Source of the DNA: Patescibacteria group bacterium | GTDB lineage: Bacteria; Patescibacteriota; Patescibacteriia; Magasanikbacterales; UBA922 | DNA: 64,000 nucleotides | Reading direction: 5' to 3' | NCBI GenBank assembly: GCA_041658785.1 | Contig: JBAZZL010000002.1 | Span: 1,714-65,713, forward strand | Shown here: piece after piece, positions 8,323 to 17,597 of the stretch | Numbering within the stretch: position 1 is the first letter of the stretch | How the letters are laid out: every line of letters begins with the position of its first letter | Translations under genes and position numbers: made by a program | Notes under the pieces: model-generated | Told to the model about the DNA's origin: nothing | Seen by the model: only the letters and a program-made list of their open reading frames with translations | The model's database searches: none

Positions 8323-10560
8323 TTACTCAAGATGCACCCTCCCCTCCCATTCCCTCACCCTCTCTCTCAACGCCGGATACTTCCCAAAATCAATACCCCG
8401 CGCCAATTCCCGCGCGAGTTTTATTAATTCATGGTCATGAAAGGTCGCGAGCCGCAGATTCATCATCCCGCTCTGGGCCGTGCCGTACACCTCGCCCGGA
8501 CCGCGCGTTTTCAGATCATACTCGGCAACTTTGAATCCGTCCGTTACTTTTTCAAAATATGCCAACCGCTCTCTCACCTTTTCGCTGTCGCTGTCTGTGA
8601 ACAAAAAACAATACGATTGATGCTCGCTTCTCCCAACCCGTCCGCGAAACTGATGCAGTTGCGCCAAACCAAACCTGTCCGCCCCCTCAATCATCATCAC
8701 GCTCGCGTTCGGAATGTCCACGCCGACCTCCACCACTGATGTGGAAACTAATACGTTGATTGTTCCATTGTTAAATTGTTCCATTGTCTTGTCTTTATCG
8801 CCGGTCTTCATCCTTCCGTGTAAAAAACCGACTTTTAAATCTGGAAAAATATTTTTAGATAACTTCTCGTACTCTCTCAATACACTCTTCTTTTCGTCAA
8901 AATGTGTAACTTGTAACTTGTCCCGCAGCGAGCGGGATCCCGTTGCGGCGGGATAACTTGTAACTTGTCCATCAATCTCCGGCTTCCGGCTTCCAGCTTC
9001 CGGCTTCCGGCTCAAAGTTCTTTCTTCAATCAGCGGGCAGATAACAAAAACCTGTCTTCCTGTCTCAACCTGCGAACGTATAAACCCGTACGCCTTCTCT
9101 CTACTCCGCGACTCTACCGCGCGCGTCTTTACCGGCTTCCGTCCCACGGGCAGTTCGCGGATAATGGACAAATCCAAATCCCCGTAAATCGTCAGCGCAA
9201 ACGACCGTGGTATCGGCGTCGCCGTCATGCTCAAGAAATGCGGCACGGTATTCTTCTGTCCGGATTTATCCGACGCAACTTCAGTGAAACCGGATTTTTC
9301 TCTAATCACTTTTCTCTGCTCCACCCCAAACCGATGCTGTTCGTCCACTACCACTAAACCTAAATTTTTAAACTCAACATCCTCGGTCAAAAGTGCGTGA
9401 GTGCCAACAATTATTTGCACCTCGCCCTCTCTAATTAACTTCAAAGTTTCTTCTCTCATCTTTCTTTTTGAACCATCTCCAATTTCCAATTTCCAATTTC
9501 CAATTTCCTCACTGGTCAACAATACCATCGGACGGTCAGAAAATAACTTTTTTAATGTCTCAAAGTGCTGTTTTGAAAGTATCTCCGTCGGCGCCATAAT
9601 CGCCGTCTGCAGCCCGTTCAGCGCCGCGTTATACGCCGCGATGCCGGCCACCACGGTCTTTCCCGAACCGACATCCCCTTCCAACAGACGATTCATCGGC
9701 TCCCCTTTTTCCAAATCCCGCAAAATCTCCCACGCCGCGATCTTCTGATCGCGGGTCAGCGTGAACGGCAGTGACTGGACAAATTCCCGCGTCTCCTTTT
9801 CTTTAAATTTAATCCGCGACGCCTGGTAACGCTTCATTGACTGGCGAATCATCTCGGCCCGCAACTGCAAAACAAACAACTCGCCAAATTTAAGCCGCCG
9901 CTCGGCCTGTTTCAACTCTTCCTTGGTTTCTGGAAAATGAATCGCTTTTAACGCGAACGGCAGAGTAATCAAATCAGCTTTCTCTAAAATTTCCTCCGGC
10001 AGCCATTCGTCAATTTTCTCCGCCTCGCCAATCACCTGACTCATCAAAAATCTCAACTGTTTCTGGGTTATTCCGGAAGTCAAAGAATACATCGGAACTA
10101 TTCTAGCTGTATGCGTTGTACTCACAACATCATCTTTGTTTCTTGTTTCTTGTTTCTTGTTTCTTTCGTACGATGGTCCTTTCATCGTCACCCCAAACAT
10201 ATCGCCGCTAACCTTGCCAGAAAGATAAACATTATCCCCCACTCTTAAAATCTTGGTAATAAACGGCTGACCAAACCAAATAACTCTAATTCTGCCAGTC
10301 TCGTCCGCCACCACCGCCTCGGTGATAATTTTGCGCTTGCGCGGACTGCGCTTGTTGGCGATAATCTCAATCTTGCCTTTTACTGTAGTCTGCATGCCGT
10401 CTTTTAGGTCTTTAATCAGGGTAACTTGACTATAATCTTCATAGCGAAACGGGAAATAAAAAAGCAGGTCTTGGACAATTTCCACGCCCAGGCGCCTTAG
10501 TTTTCTTTCCAACGTCTTGCCAACGCGATTTAACTCAGTAACTTTGGTTTTCAAATTCAT
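8323..10560 (-). CDS. recG: ATP-dependent DNA helicase RecG
   Basis: GDVGSGKT, DEQHRFG, MTATPIPR, QLHQFRGRVGR. Confidence 0.98.
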   Translation of the reverse strand: MNLKTKVTELNRVGKTLERKLRRLGVEIVQDLLFYFPFRYEDYSQVTLIKDLKDGMQTTVKGKIEIIANKRSPRKRKIITEAVVADETGRIRVIWFGQPFITKILRVGDNVYLSGKVSGDMFGVTMKGPSYERNKKQETRNKDDVVSTTHTARIVPMYSLTSGITQKQLRFLMSQVIGEAEKIDEWLPEEILEKADLITLPFALKAIHFPETKEELKQAERRLKFGELFVLQLRAEMIRQSMKRYQASRIKFKEKETREFVQSLPFTLTRDQKIAAWEILRDLEKGEPMNRLLEGDVGSGKTVVAGIAAYNAALNGLQTAIMAPTEILSKQHFETLKKLFSDRPMVLLTSEEIGNWKLEIGDGSKRKMREETLKLIREGEVQIIVGTHALLTEDVEFKNLGLVVVDEQHRFGVEQRKVIREKSGFTEVASDKSGQKNTVPHFLSMTATPIPRSFALTIYGDLDLSIIRELPVGRKPVKTRAVESRSREKAYGFIRSQVETGRQVFVICPLIEERTLSRKPEAGSRKPEIDGQVTSYPAATGSRSLRDKLQVTHFDEKKSVLREYEKLSKNIFPDLKVGFLHGRMKTGDKDKTMEQFNNGTINVLVSTSVVEVGVDIPNASVMMIEGADRFGLAQLHQFRGRVGRSEHQSYCFLFTDSDSEKVRERLAYFEKVTDGFKVAEYDLKTRGPGEVYGTAQSGMMNLRLATFHDHELIKLARELARGIDFGKYPALRERVREWEGRVHLE

Positions 10561-10648
10561 AGCAAATCAATTGTAGCACAAAATCTTCTCTCAAGGAAAA
10601 TGCCTTGACTGATACCCGTTTTTTTATTATACTTTTGGCAATATTAAA

Positions 10649-10720
10649 GCGCCCATAGTTTAATGGATAGAACGCGAGATTGCGGATCTCGTAATGCAGG
10701 TTCGATTCCTGCTAGGCGCA
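10649..10720 (+). tRNA. tRNA-Arg(GCG)
   Basis: Cloverleaf; anticodon arm CGAGA-TTGCGGA-TCTCG; T arm GCAGG-TTCGATT-CCTGC; one C-A mismatch in the acceptor stem; CCA not encoded. Confidence 0.92.
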
Positions 10721-10721
10721 C

Positions 10722-10760
10722 AAAAAACTCGTCCGCCAGCTGGCGGACGAGTTTTTATTT
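10722..10760. terminator. Bidirectional terminator-like palindrome
   Basis: AAAAACTCGTCCGCCAGCTGGCGGACGAGTTTTT between the convergent tRNA and CDS; the core palindrome recurs at 59647-59666. Confidence 0.75.
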
Positions 10761-10792
10761 TGTGTCATGTTGTCTGCATTATGTGTCGCGTC

Positions 10793-11296
10793 TTAGTGTA
10801 TCCGCCAATTCCTAGCCATCCGATCCGTCAAAGGTTCTTCTTCTTTATCCACATCCTCTTTTAAAAATTCTTTTAATGTGTGCCTAATCTCAATTGGATT
10901 CATATCCAAGAGCGGAATGCGGAGAACCGGGCGAAATGTGCTTGAAGTTTCCAAAAAAAGAGTCTTTACATGCGGCGGCTCATAGATAATGTAAAAAAAA
11001 CTAAATTCCGACCAAGCATAAAAACGATTGCTTACTATAATCCCGAGTTCAGAAATTTTAAACGGTATTTGCAGCGGTTCCTGATGGGATTGTAAAAACA
11101 AAATTACCGCGAACAAAATAATGATCAAAGCAAACAAAAAATTGCCGGTAAACATCGCAAATAATACCAAACCCAGTCCTATCGTTATTCCCAGTATATA
11201 CCACAAAACTCCGCGCTCGTGCCGCTCATATTCCTGAATCGTCCACTCATGCAGAACATCTCCAACTAATGTTGTTTCGTTAATTTGTTTTGGCAT
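10793..11296 (-). CDS. Hypothetical membrane protein (two TM helices plus soluble domain)
   Basis: 167-aa ORF with two N-terminal hydrophobic helices. Confidence 0.75.
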   Translation of the reverse strand: MPKQINETTLVGDVLHEWTIQEYERHERGVLWYILGITIGLGLVLFAMFTGNFLFALIIILFAVILFLQSHQEPLQIPFKISELGIIVSNRFYAWSEFSFFYIIYEPPHVKTLFLETSSTFRPVLRIPLLDMNPIEIRHTLKEFLKEDVDKEEEPLTDRMARNWRIH

Positions 11297-11500
11297 ATTT
11301 TTTACTTAAACCAGCCGTTTCCTTATCGCCTTATTATTACCCTGTCTCGGCCGATAAGAAAACTTTTTTAATGTACCCGTATATATTAATGTACCCGTAT
11401 ATATCATAGCATATACGTTGCGCGAAAGCAAACAAAATAATTCAGCGCAATCTTGCAAATATACAAAAAATCCGCTATAGTATAATATGGATAGTATAGG

Positions 11501-12943
11501 ATGAACAGTATGGAAAACCAGCCGCTCAATTTTTTAGAAACAACAGACCAAAAAGATCCACAGGAACCACAGCGATCTCCCAGACGATCTATTTTTTTTA
11601 TAGGCCTTGCCTTGCTGATATTTTTTGCCGGCTGTATTGCCTACGGCTCTATAAAGTATCAAATGCCAGACGATCCTGCGGATTATGATCCAGTCACCCT
11701 CGCACCCAAAAAACCAGAAGGACTGCTAAAGAGAATCGGCCACTTTGTATTCAACCGAGATGCGGTACTGGAAGGAACTCGCGACGACCGGATAAATTTG
11801 CTTTTACTGGGGATGGGCGGTATTGGGCATGATGGTCCATTTCTGACTGATACCATTATTATCGCCAGTATAAAACCATCCACAAACCAAATTGCGATGA
11901 TATCAATTCCGCGAGATCTGGGAGCCAAAATCCCCGGCCACGGATGGAATAAAATCAACCATGCCAATGCCTATGGCGAAGCAGAAAAAAAAGATTGGGG
12001 CGCGGCCTTTGCGGCCGAAGTTGTAGAAGATACTTTTGACATCGCTATCCAATACTATGTCCGTATTGACTTCAAAGCTTTTGAAGAAATCGTAGACGAA
12101 ATGAATGGCGTGGCTATCAATGTTGAGCGTCCATTCACAGATTCGCTTTATCCGGCGCAAAATGAAGAATACCAAACATTGACTTTCTCAGCCGGGGTCC
12201 AAACCATGGATGGAAAACGAGCGCTCCAATATGTCCGTTCGCGCCACGGCTCAAACGACGAAGGTTCTGATTTTGCCCGCGCCAAAAGGCAGCAAAAGCT
12301 GATTCTTGCGCTCAAAGATAAGATATTATCATTTGGAACTCTGGCCAATCCAGTAAAAATAAATAATATAATGAAAACGCTTAACAGACATATTACGACA
12401 AACATGGAATTCCCCGACACTATTGCTTTAATAAAATTTGCAAAAGAAATTGATACCACGAACATCGTCAGGCTGGTTTTGGATACCAGTCCGGAAGGAT
12501 ACCTGCAAAATTCTTTTACCGAAGATGGAGCATTTATCCTTGAGCCAAAAAGCGGTGATTTCAAACAAATTAATTCTCTCATCAAAAATATATTTGAAGA
12601 AAAACTGCCTTCCTATTTTGACGATACGCCCGCGCAAACAAAGCCTGTGTACACCACGGCAAACATTGAAATACAAAACGGCGCCTGGAACGCTGGAATG
12701 GCCATGCGGATAAAAAAAACGCTTGAAGACAACGGATTTCAAGTAACGAAAATAGGAAATACCCAAGAACGGCCGCAAGCGGAAAGTGGAATATTTACGA
12801 TTTCAGATAAAAATCCCAGCGATGTCTTGGCCGGCCTGCAAAACGAACTGCGCATCCCCATAAAACAAGCCGCTCCTTACGGCATATCTGCTGCCAGCAC
12901 GACTGATATTTTGATTATTTTGGGAGAAAATTTTAATGAATAA
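11501..12943 (+). CDS. LCP (LytR-CpsA-Psr) family protein with LytR_C domain
   Basis: TDTII, SIPRD, KINHA, YVRSRH, SDFARAKRQQ; C-terminal IEIQNG...DILIILGENF. Confidence 0.93.
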   Translation: MNSMENQPLNFLETTDQKDPQEPQRSPRRSIFFIGLALLIFFAGCIAYGSIKYQMPDDPADYDPVTLAPKKPEGLLKRIGHFVFNRDAVLEGTRDDRINLLLLGMGGIGHDGPFLTDTIIIASIKPSTNQIAMISIPRDLGAKIPGHGWNKINHANAYGEAEKKDWGAAFAAEVVEDTFDIAIQYYVRIDFKAFEEIVDEMNGVAINVERPFTDSLYPAQNEEYQTLTFSAGVQTMDGKRALQYVRSRHGSNDEGSDFARAKRQQKLILALKDKILSFGTLANPVKINNIMKTLNRHITTNMEFPDTIALIKFAKEIDTTNIVRLVLDTSPEGYLQNSFTEDGAFILEPKSGDFKQINSLIKNIFEEKLPSYFDDTPAQTKPVYTTANIEIQNGAWNAGMAMRIKKTLEDNGFQVTKIGNTQERPQAESGIFTISDKNPSDVLAGLQNELRIPIKQAAPYGISAASTTDILIILGENFNE

Positions 12944-13059
12944 AATAATCCAAATGCAAGAAATTTTATTGGAATCTACGAATATCCGAATGAGTTAAAT
13001 TTACACTATTCGGATATTCGTAGATTCGGATGTCATCCGTATATTAGGATTACATTTAT

Positions 13060-14430
13060 ATGGCCACTCCAGCCGCAATCCAATCTGACAATCTCCCCGT
13101 CGTCGCCCTCGTCGGCCGGGTTAATGTCGGCAAATCAACTTTATTCAATCGCTTAATTGAAGAAAAAAAAGCGATTGTTTCCAACATCCCCGGAACTACG
13201 CGCACCAGTAATGAAGGTGCGGCTCTTTGGCGCGGCAAAGAACTAAAAATAATTGACACGGGCGGACTAGCCTTTACCGACAATGTCCCGCTGGAAGATG
13301 AAATTATTAAACAGACAGAAATCGCCATTAAACATGCTGATATCATCGTAATGGTTACGGATGTTGAATATGGTATTTTGCCGCAAGAAAAAGAGTTGGC
13401 CAAAAAATTAAAAATGTCAGGCAAACCAATTGTCTTGGTAGCTAATAAAGTTGACAGCCAAAACAAAGAAATGGAGATTGAACATAGTGTCTGGAGCCGG
13501 CTCAACCTCGGCCACCCCTTTTTAATTTCAGCCGCCAATGGCAGAAATATCGGCGACCTGCTTGATTTACTATTCAAAAAATGCGGCCAGATTAAAAAAA
13601 GGCCGAAACAATTTAAGGAAAAAAAAGAACCAATTATCAAAATCAGCATCATTGGCAAGCCAAATGTTGGCAAATCCTCGCTCTTCAACAAGCTGATTGG
13701 CGAAGAAAAAGCAATTGTCAATGCCCTGCCGCATACCACGCGTGAATCCCACAATACTCTGGTTAAATACGAAAATCAGCTGATTGATTTTATTGATACT
13801 GCCGGTATTAGAAGAAAAACCAAAGTGGAGGGCGGTTTGGAGTGGGAGGGTATTGGCAAAAGTCTGAACTCAATAGAAGAATCAGACCTGGCGCTTTTTG
13901 TGATTGATGGCAATGAAACCATCTCCAGCCAAGATATGCAGCTGGGCGGGCTTTTAGAAAAAAAATCAAAAAGTGTTATAATTTTAGTAAATAAATGGGA
14001 TCTGTCCGACGACAACAGCGAAAAAAATCAAAAAGAAGTGAAAAAAAAAGCGCTGGTTTATTTCCCCCATCTGAAATTCTCGCCCATCATGCTCGTCAGC
14101 GGCAAAACCGGCCTAAACACCCACAAAATCTTCCCGCTCATTATGACCGTATGGCAAGCGCGGCAGACGACAATTACTGATCGCGATCTGGAAACATTTT
14201 TGAAAAATTGCGTCAGAAATAAACAACCCAGCCGAGGCAAAGGCACCCGCCACCCGGAACTCATGGGTCTGCGGCAAATCAATACCGCCCCGCCCATTTT
14301 TGAACTCTTCATCAAGCCAAAAACATCGGTGCACAGTTCGTATGTCAGCTATCTGGAAAACAAATTAAGAGAACGATTTGACTTTTTGGGTACGCCGATT
14401 GTGATTAAGCTGACGAAGATGAAGAAATAA
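13060..14430 (+). CDS. der: Ribosome biogenesis GTPase Der (EngA)
   Basis: Two GTPase domains (GRVNVGKST, GKPNVGKSS, DTGG/DTAG, NKVD/NKWD) and a KH-like tail. Confidence 0.97.
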   Translation: MATPAAIQSDNLPVVALVGRVNVGKSTLFNRLIEEKKAIVSNIPGTTRTSNEGAALWRGKELKIIDTGGLAFTDNVPLEDEIIKQTEIAIKHADIIVMVTDVEYGILPQEKELAKKLKMSGKPIVLVANKVDSQNKEMEIEHSVWSRLNLGHPFLISAANGRNIGDLLDLLFKKCGQIKKRPKQFKEKKEPIIKISIIGKPNVGKSSLFNKLIGEEKAIVNALPHTTRESHNTLVKYENQLIDFIDTAGIRRKTKVEGGLEWEGIGKSLNSIEESDLALFVIDGNETISSQDMQLGGLLEKKSKSVIILVNKWDLSDDNSEKNQKEVKKKALVYFPHLKFSPIMLVSGKTGLNTHKIFPLIMTVWQARQTTITDRDLETFLKNCVRNKQPSRGKGTRHPELMGLRQINTAPPIFELFIKPKTSVHSSYVSYLENKLRERFDFLGTPIVIKLTKMKK

Positions 14431-14433
14431 ATA

Positions 14434-14945
14434 GATACGAAATACGAAAGAATACGAAATTACGAAAATAAACTTTACGAAGAATATTATATTTTATGCC
14501 ACAAGGAGGTAAACAATATATATTGAGAAAAAACGACTTACTTTATCCGGAACTTAGTTTCCGTATTAACGGAGTATTATTTGAAGTGTATAGACAAATG
14601 GGTGGCGGACATCATGAAAAATATTATCAAAAAGCCGTTGTTCTTGGATTATTGAAAGAAAAAATTAAATTCAGAGAACAAGTCTATGTGCCGTTAAAGT
14701 TTAATGATAAAATTGTGGGAAAATATTTTTTAGACTTTTTAATTGAAGATAAAATTATTTTAGAGTTAAAAAGAGGCAAGATGATACCAATACTCAATTT
14801 AAAACAGACAAAACAATACTTATCCACATTAAATTTAAAATTAGGAATTGTTGCCAGCTTTACGCAAGAAGGGGTCGTGATAAAAAGAATAATAAATGAA
14901 TACTAACTGTCTTTCGTAATTTCGTATTCTTTCGTATTTCGTATC
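14434..14945. mobile_element. Cassette bounded by perfect 34-bp inverted repeats and carrying a GxxExxY gene
   Basis: 14434-14467 GATACGAAATACGAAAGAATACGAAATTACGAAA is the exact reverse complement of 14912-14945. Confidence 0.7.
14496..14906 (+). CDS. GxxExxY protein (PD-(D/E)xK nuclease fold)
   Basis: GHHEKYY matches GxxExxY; FLDFLIEDKIILELK; QTKQYL. Confidence 0.9.
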   Translation: MPQGGKQYILRKNDLLYPELSFRINGVLFEVYRQMGGGHHEKYYQKAVVLGLLKEKIKFREQVYVPLKFNDKIVGKYFLDFLIEDKIILELKRGKMIPILNLKQTKQYLSTLNLKLGIVASFTQEGVVIKRIINEY

Positions 14946-14948
14946 ATT

Positions 14949-15497
14949 ATGAAAATAATCATCGGCCTCGGCAATCCGGGAAAAGATTATCAGAAGACGC
15001 GCCACAACGCCGGGTTTATGGTTGTTGACGCTCTGTGTGAAAAATTTAAAGAATACGGCGTTTCCGACTGGTCGCTCTCCAAAAAATTCAACGCCGAAGT
15101 CTCTGAAGTAAAAATAAAAGACGAAAATATCCTGCTCGTGAAACCCATGACTTTTATGAATCGTTCCGGCGAAACCGCCCATCTCATCATGCGCTTTTAC
15201 AAACTGCCTCCCAAAGATCTGATAATTATTCACGATGACAAGGACTTGAAGCTCGGCGAAATAAAAATCCAGACCGACCGCGGCGACGCCGGACACAATG
15301 GCGTGAAATCAGTCATTGAACACCTCGGGACAAAAGATTTTACCAGAGTCCGCGTGGGGATCGCGAGCGAAGAGGAAAAAAAGATGAGTGATACTTCAAA
15401 ATTCGTTTTAGGAAAATTTGGAATCAGAGAGAAAAAACGATTCAATGAGGCGGCAAGGCGGACGGTTGAAGAAATTAAAAAGGTGATAAAAAATTAA
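14949..15497 (+). CDS. pth: Peptidyl-tRNA hydrolase
   Basis: IGLGNPG, TRHNAGF, KPMTFMNRSG, GHNGVKS. Confidence 0.97.
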   Translation: MKIIIGLGNPGKDYQKTRHNAGFMVVDALCEKFKEYGVSDWSLSKKFNAEVSEVKIKDENILLVKPMTFMNRSGETAHLIMRFYKLPPKDLIIIHDDKDLKLGEIKIQTDRGDAGHNGVKSVIEHLGTKDFTRVRVGIASEEEKKMSDTSKFVLGKFGIREKKRFNEAARRTVEEIKKVIKN

Positions 15498-15610
15498 ACG
15501 AAATTATACGGAATTATACAAAATTGGACAAAATTTTTTTTAATTTATTTTAATTCTGTTCAATTCTTTATAATTTCGTTTAATTTTGTATAATTCCCTA
15601 CAACCTCCTA

Positions 15611-16690
15611 ATGCTAAAAGAGATCTTATTATCTTACTTCCCTAAAATCACCCCCAAACGCTACCGCCAACTGGCGGCGGCTTTTTCTTCATTCGCGGAA
15701 ATCAAAAGCGCCGGCTTTGATGAGTTCAAAAAGCTTGGCTGGGAAGATGATTTGGCAACCGCGTTTTTGCTCTGGCGGGATAAACTGGAGGAAGAGAAAA
15801 TAACTAAGGTTTTAGATCAAGAAAAAATCCATTGCGTTACGCCGAACGATCCGGAATATCCGGCCAACCTCAAACAGATTTATGATCCGCCCTTTTGCCT
15901 GTTTGTCCGCGGCGAATTGAAAAAGGATGATTTTTGCTTGGCCGTGGTCGGCACCAGAAAATTCAGCCGATATGGCCGGCAGATTACCGAGGAAATCGTG
16001 GCGGAGCTCGCCCGCGCCGGCATTACCATCATAAGCGGGCTGGCGCTGGGGATAGACGGCATCGCGCACGAAACGGCTTTGCAAGCAGGCGGAAACACGG
16101 TTGCCGTGCTCGGTTCAGGCATCAATCGCAGTCATGTCTACCCCAGCGCGCATCGCCGCCTCGCGGAAAAAATCATTCAGGCCGGCGGCGCAGTCATTTC
16201 CGAATACCCGCCCGGCGGCCTGCCAAGCAAATTCACTTTCCCCCGCCGAAATAGAATTATCGCCGGTATGTCGCTCGGCACCCTGGTAACCGAAGCGGGC
16301 GAAGCGAGCGGCGCCCTGATCACTGCCCAATGCTCGCTGGACAACAATCGCGAGGTCTTTACCGTGCCGCACAATATCACTTCGCAAACCGGCATCGGCC
16401 CCAATAATTTATTAAAACAGGGTGCTCTGCCGGTAACAAACGCTCAAGATATTATTGACGCCTTGAATCTGCGCGACATCAAACAATTCGTCTCCAATCG
16501 CGAAGTCATCCCCGACTCCCCCACTGAAGCAAAATTGCTTGAACACCTCTCCCGCGAGCCGATTCATGTTGACAGCCTGATCAAACAATCCAAATTAGAC
16601 AGCCCAACTGTAAATAGCACTCTCACGCTCATGGAAATGAAAGGAAAAGTGCGGAATTTGGGCGGGATGATGTATGTGTTGGCGAGGTAA
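15611..16690 (+). CDS. dprA: DNA-processing protein DprA
   Basis: AVVGTR, SGLALGIDG, FPRRNRIIAG, SGALITA, C-terminal winged helix. Confidence 0.96.
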   Translation: MLKEILLSYFPKITPKRYRQLAAAFSSFAEIKSAGFDEFKKLGWEDDLATAFLLWRDKLEEEKITKVLDQEKIHCVTPNDPEYPANLKQIYDPPFCLFVRGELKKDDFCLAVVGTRKFSRYGRQITEEIVAELARAGITIISGLALGIDGIAHETALQAGGNTVAVLGSGINRSHVYPSAHRRLAEKIIQAGGAVISEYPPGGLPSKFTFPRRNRIIAGMSLGTLVTEAGEASGALITAQCSLDNNREVFTVPHNITSQTGIGPNNLLKQGALPVTNAQDIIDALNLRDIKQFVSNREVIPDSPTEAKLLEHLSREPIHVDSLIKQSKLDSPTVNSTLTLMEMKGKVRNLGGMMYVLAR

Positions 16691-16696
16691 CAAAAC

Positions 16697-16730
16697 TGTC
16701 ATTCCGAGCCCTCGCGGGCGAGGAATCCCT
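16697..16730. repeat. Short REP-like palindromic element after dprA
   Basis: TGTCATTCCGAGCCCTCGCGGGCGAGGAATCCC followed by a T-run. Confidence 0.5.
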
Positions 16731-16890
16731 TTTTTATTTTATTGACACTATTCGTTAAACCATGCTAAAATGCCGATTAGTTAATTGGTTTAATAGTTTA
16801 AGGGTGCGGACAGGAACTACTTATCTTAATACACACACTATCAAACCAATCAACCAATAAACCATTAAACTAATAATCATAACCAAATCT

Positions 16891-17559
16891 ATGCGCAAAA
16901 AAATCCTCTTCATCGTCCTCTTCGCCCTCGTCGGCTTTGGAGCGATGAAAGTGCCGTTTAGCCAGCTGGTCGGCGCGGAGAATCTCCGCTTCAGCTTGTT
17001 TGACTTTTACGGCCCAATCGCCGGCGCGTTTGTCGGCTCTGTCTGGGGGCTCGTAACTGTCGGCCTCATGCAGTTAATTAACTGGACTTTTGCCGGCTTT
17101 CCGGTGGACACCGGCACCATCCTCCGTTTCTTTCCGGTGCTGTTCGGCGTCCTCTATTTTGCCAAACATCAAAAATGGACGCTCGCTATCCCGGTTCTCG
17201 CCATGATCGCCTTTTGGGCGCATCCCGAAAGCCGCGCGGCTTGGTACTTCGCGCTTTATTGGACCATCCCGCTGATCATGTATCCTTTCCACAAAAAATT
17301 TATCTTTGCCCGCGCCCTTGGCACTACTTTTACCCAGCACGCGGTCGGCGGCGCTCTCTGGGTCTGGGTGTTCAACATGAAAGCGGCGCTCTGGATCGGC
17401 CTGATTCCAGTCGTTTGGAAAGAACGAATGCTGATGGCGATCGGCATTACCATTACTTATATTGTCTTTAATTATCTTTTCAGCTTGGTGCAAGTAAAAA
17501 CTAGCTTCAAACTCCCATTTGTTACGCTCCATCCGCGGTTCGTCGTCCGAACAAAATAA
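16891..17559 (+). CDS. Multi-pass membrane protein, possibly an ECF transporter S-component
   Basis: About six TM helices, 222 aa, GPIAGAFVG pattern; directly upstream of folC. Confidence 0.5.
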   Translation: MRKKILFIVLFALVGFGAMKVPFSQLVGAENLRFSLFDFYGPIAGAFVGSVWGLVTVGLMQLINWTFAGFPVDTGTILRFFPVLFGVLYFAKHQKWTLAIPVLAMIAFWAHPESRAAWYFALYWTIPLIMYPFHKKFIFARALGTTFTQHAVGGALWVWVFNMKAALWIGLIPVVWKERMLMAIGITITYIVFNYLFSLVQVKTSFKLPFVTLHPRFVVRTK

Positions 17560-17597
17560 GCCGCGCGCCTCCTTTCAGCGGAGGCGCTTTTTCTGTT

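Noticed and set aside
11369-11404. Exact 18-bp tandem duplication TAATGTACCCGTATATAT in a divergent promoter region
   Set aside because: Only two copies; it could be an operator but cannot be distinguished from a simple duplication
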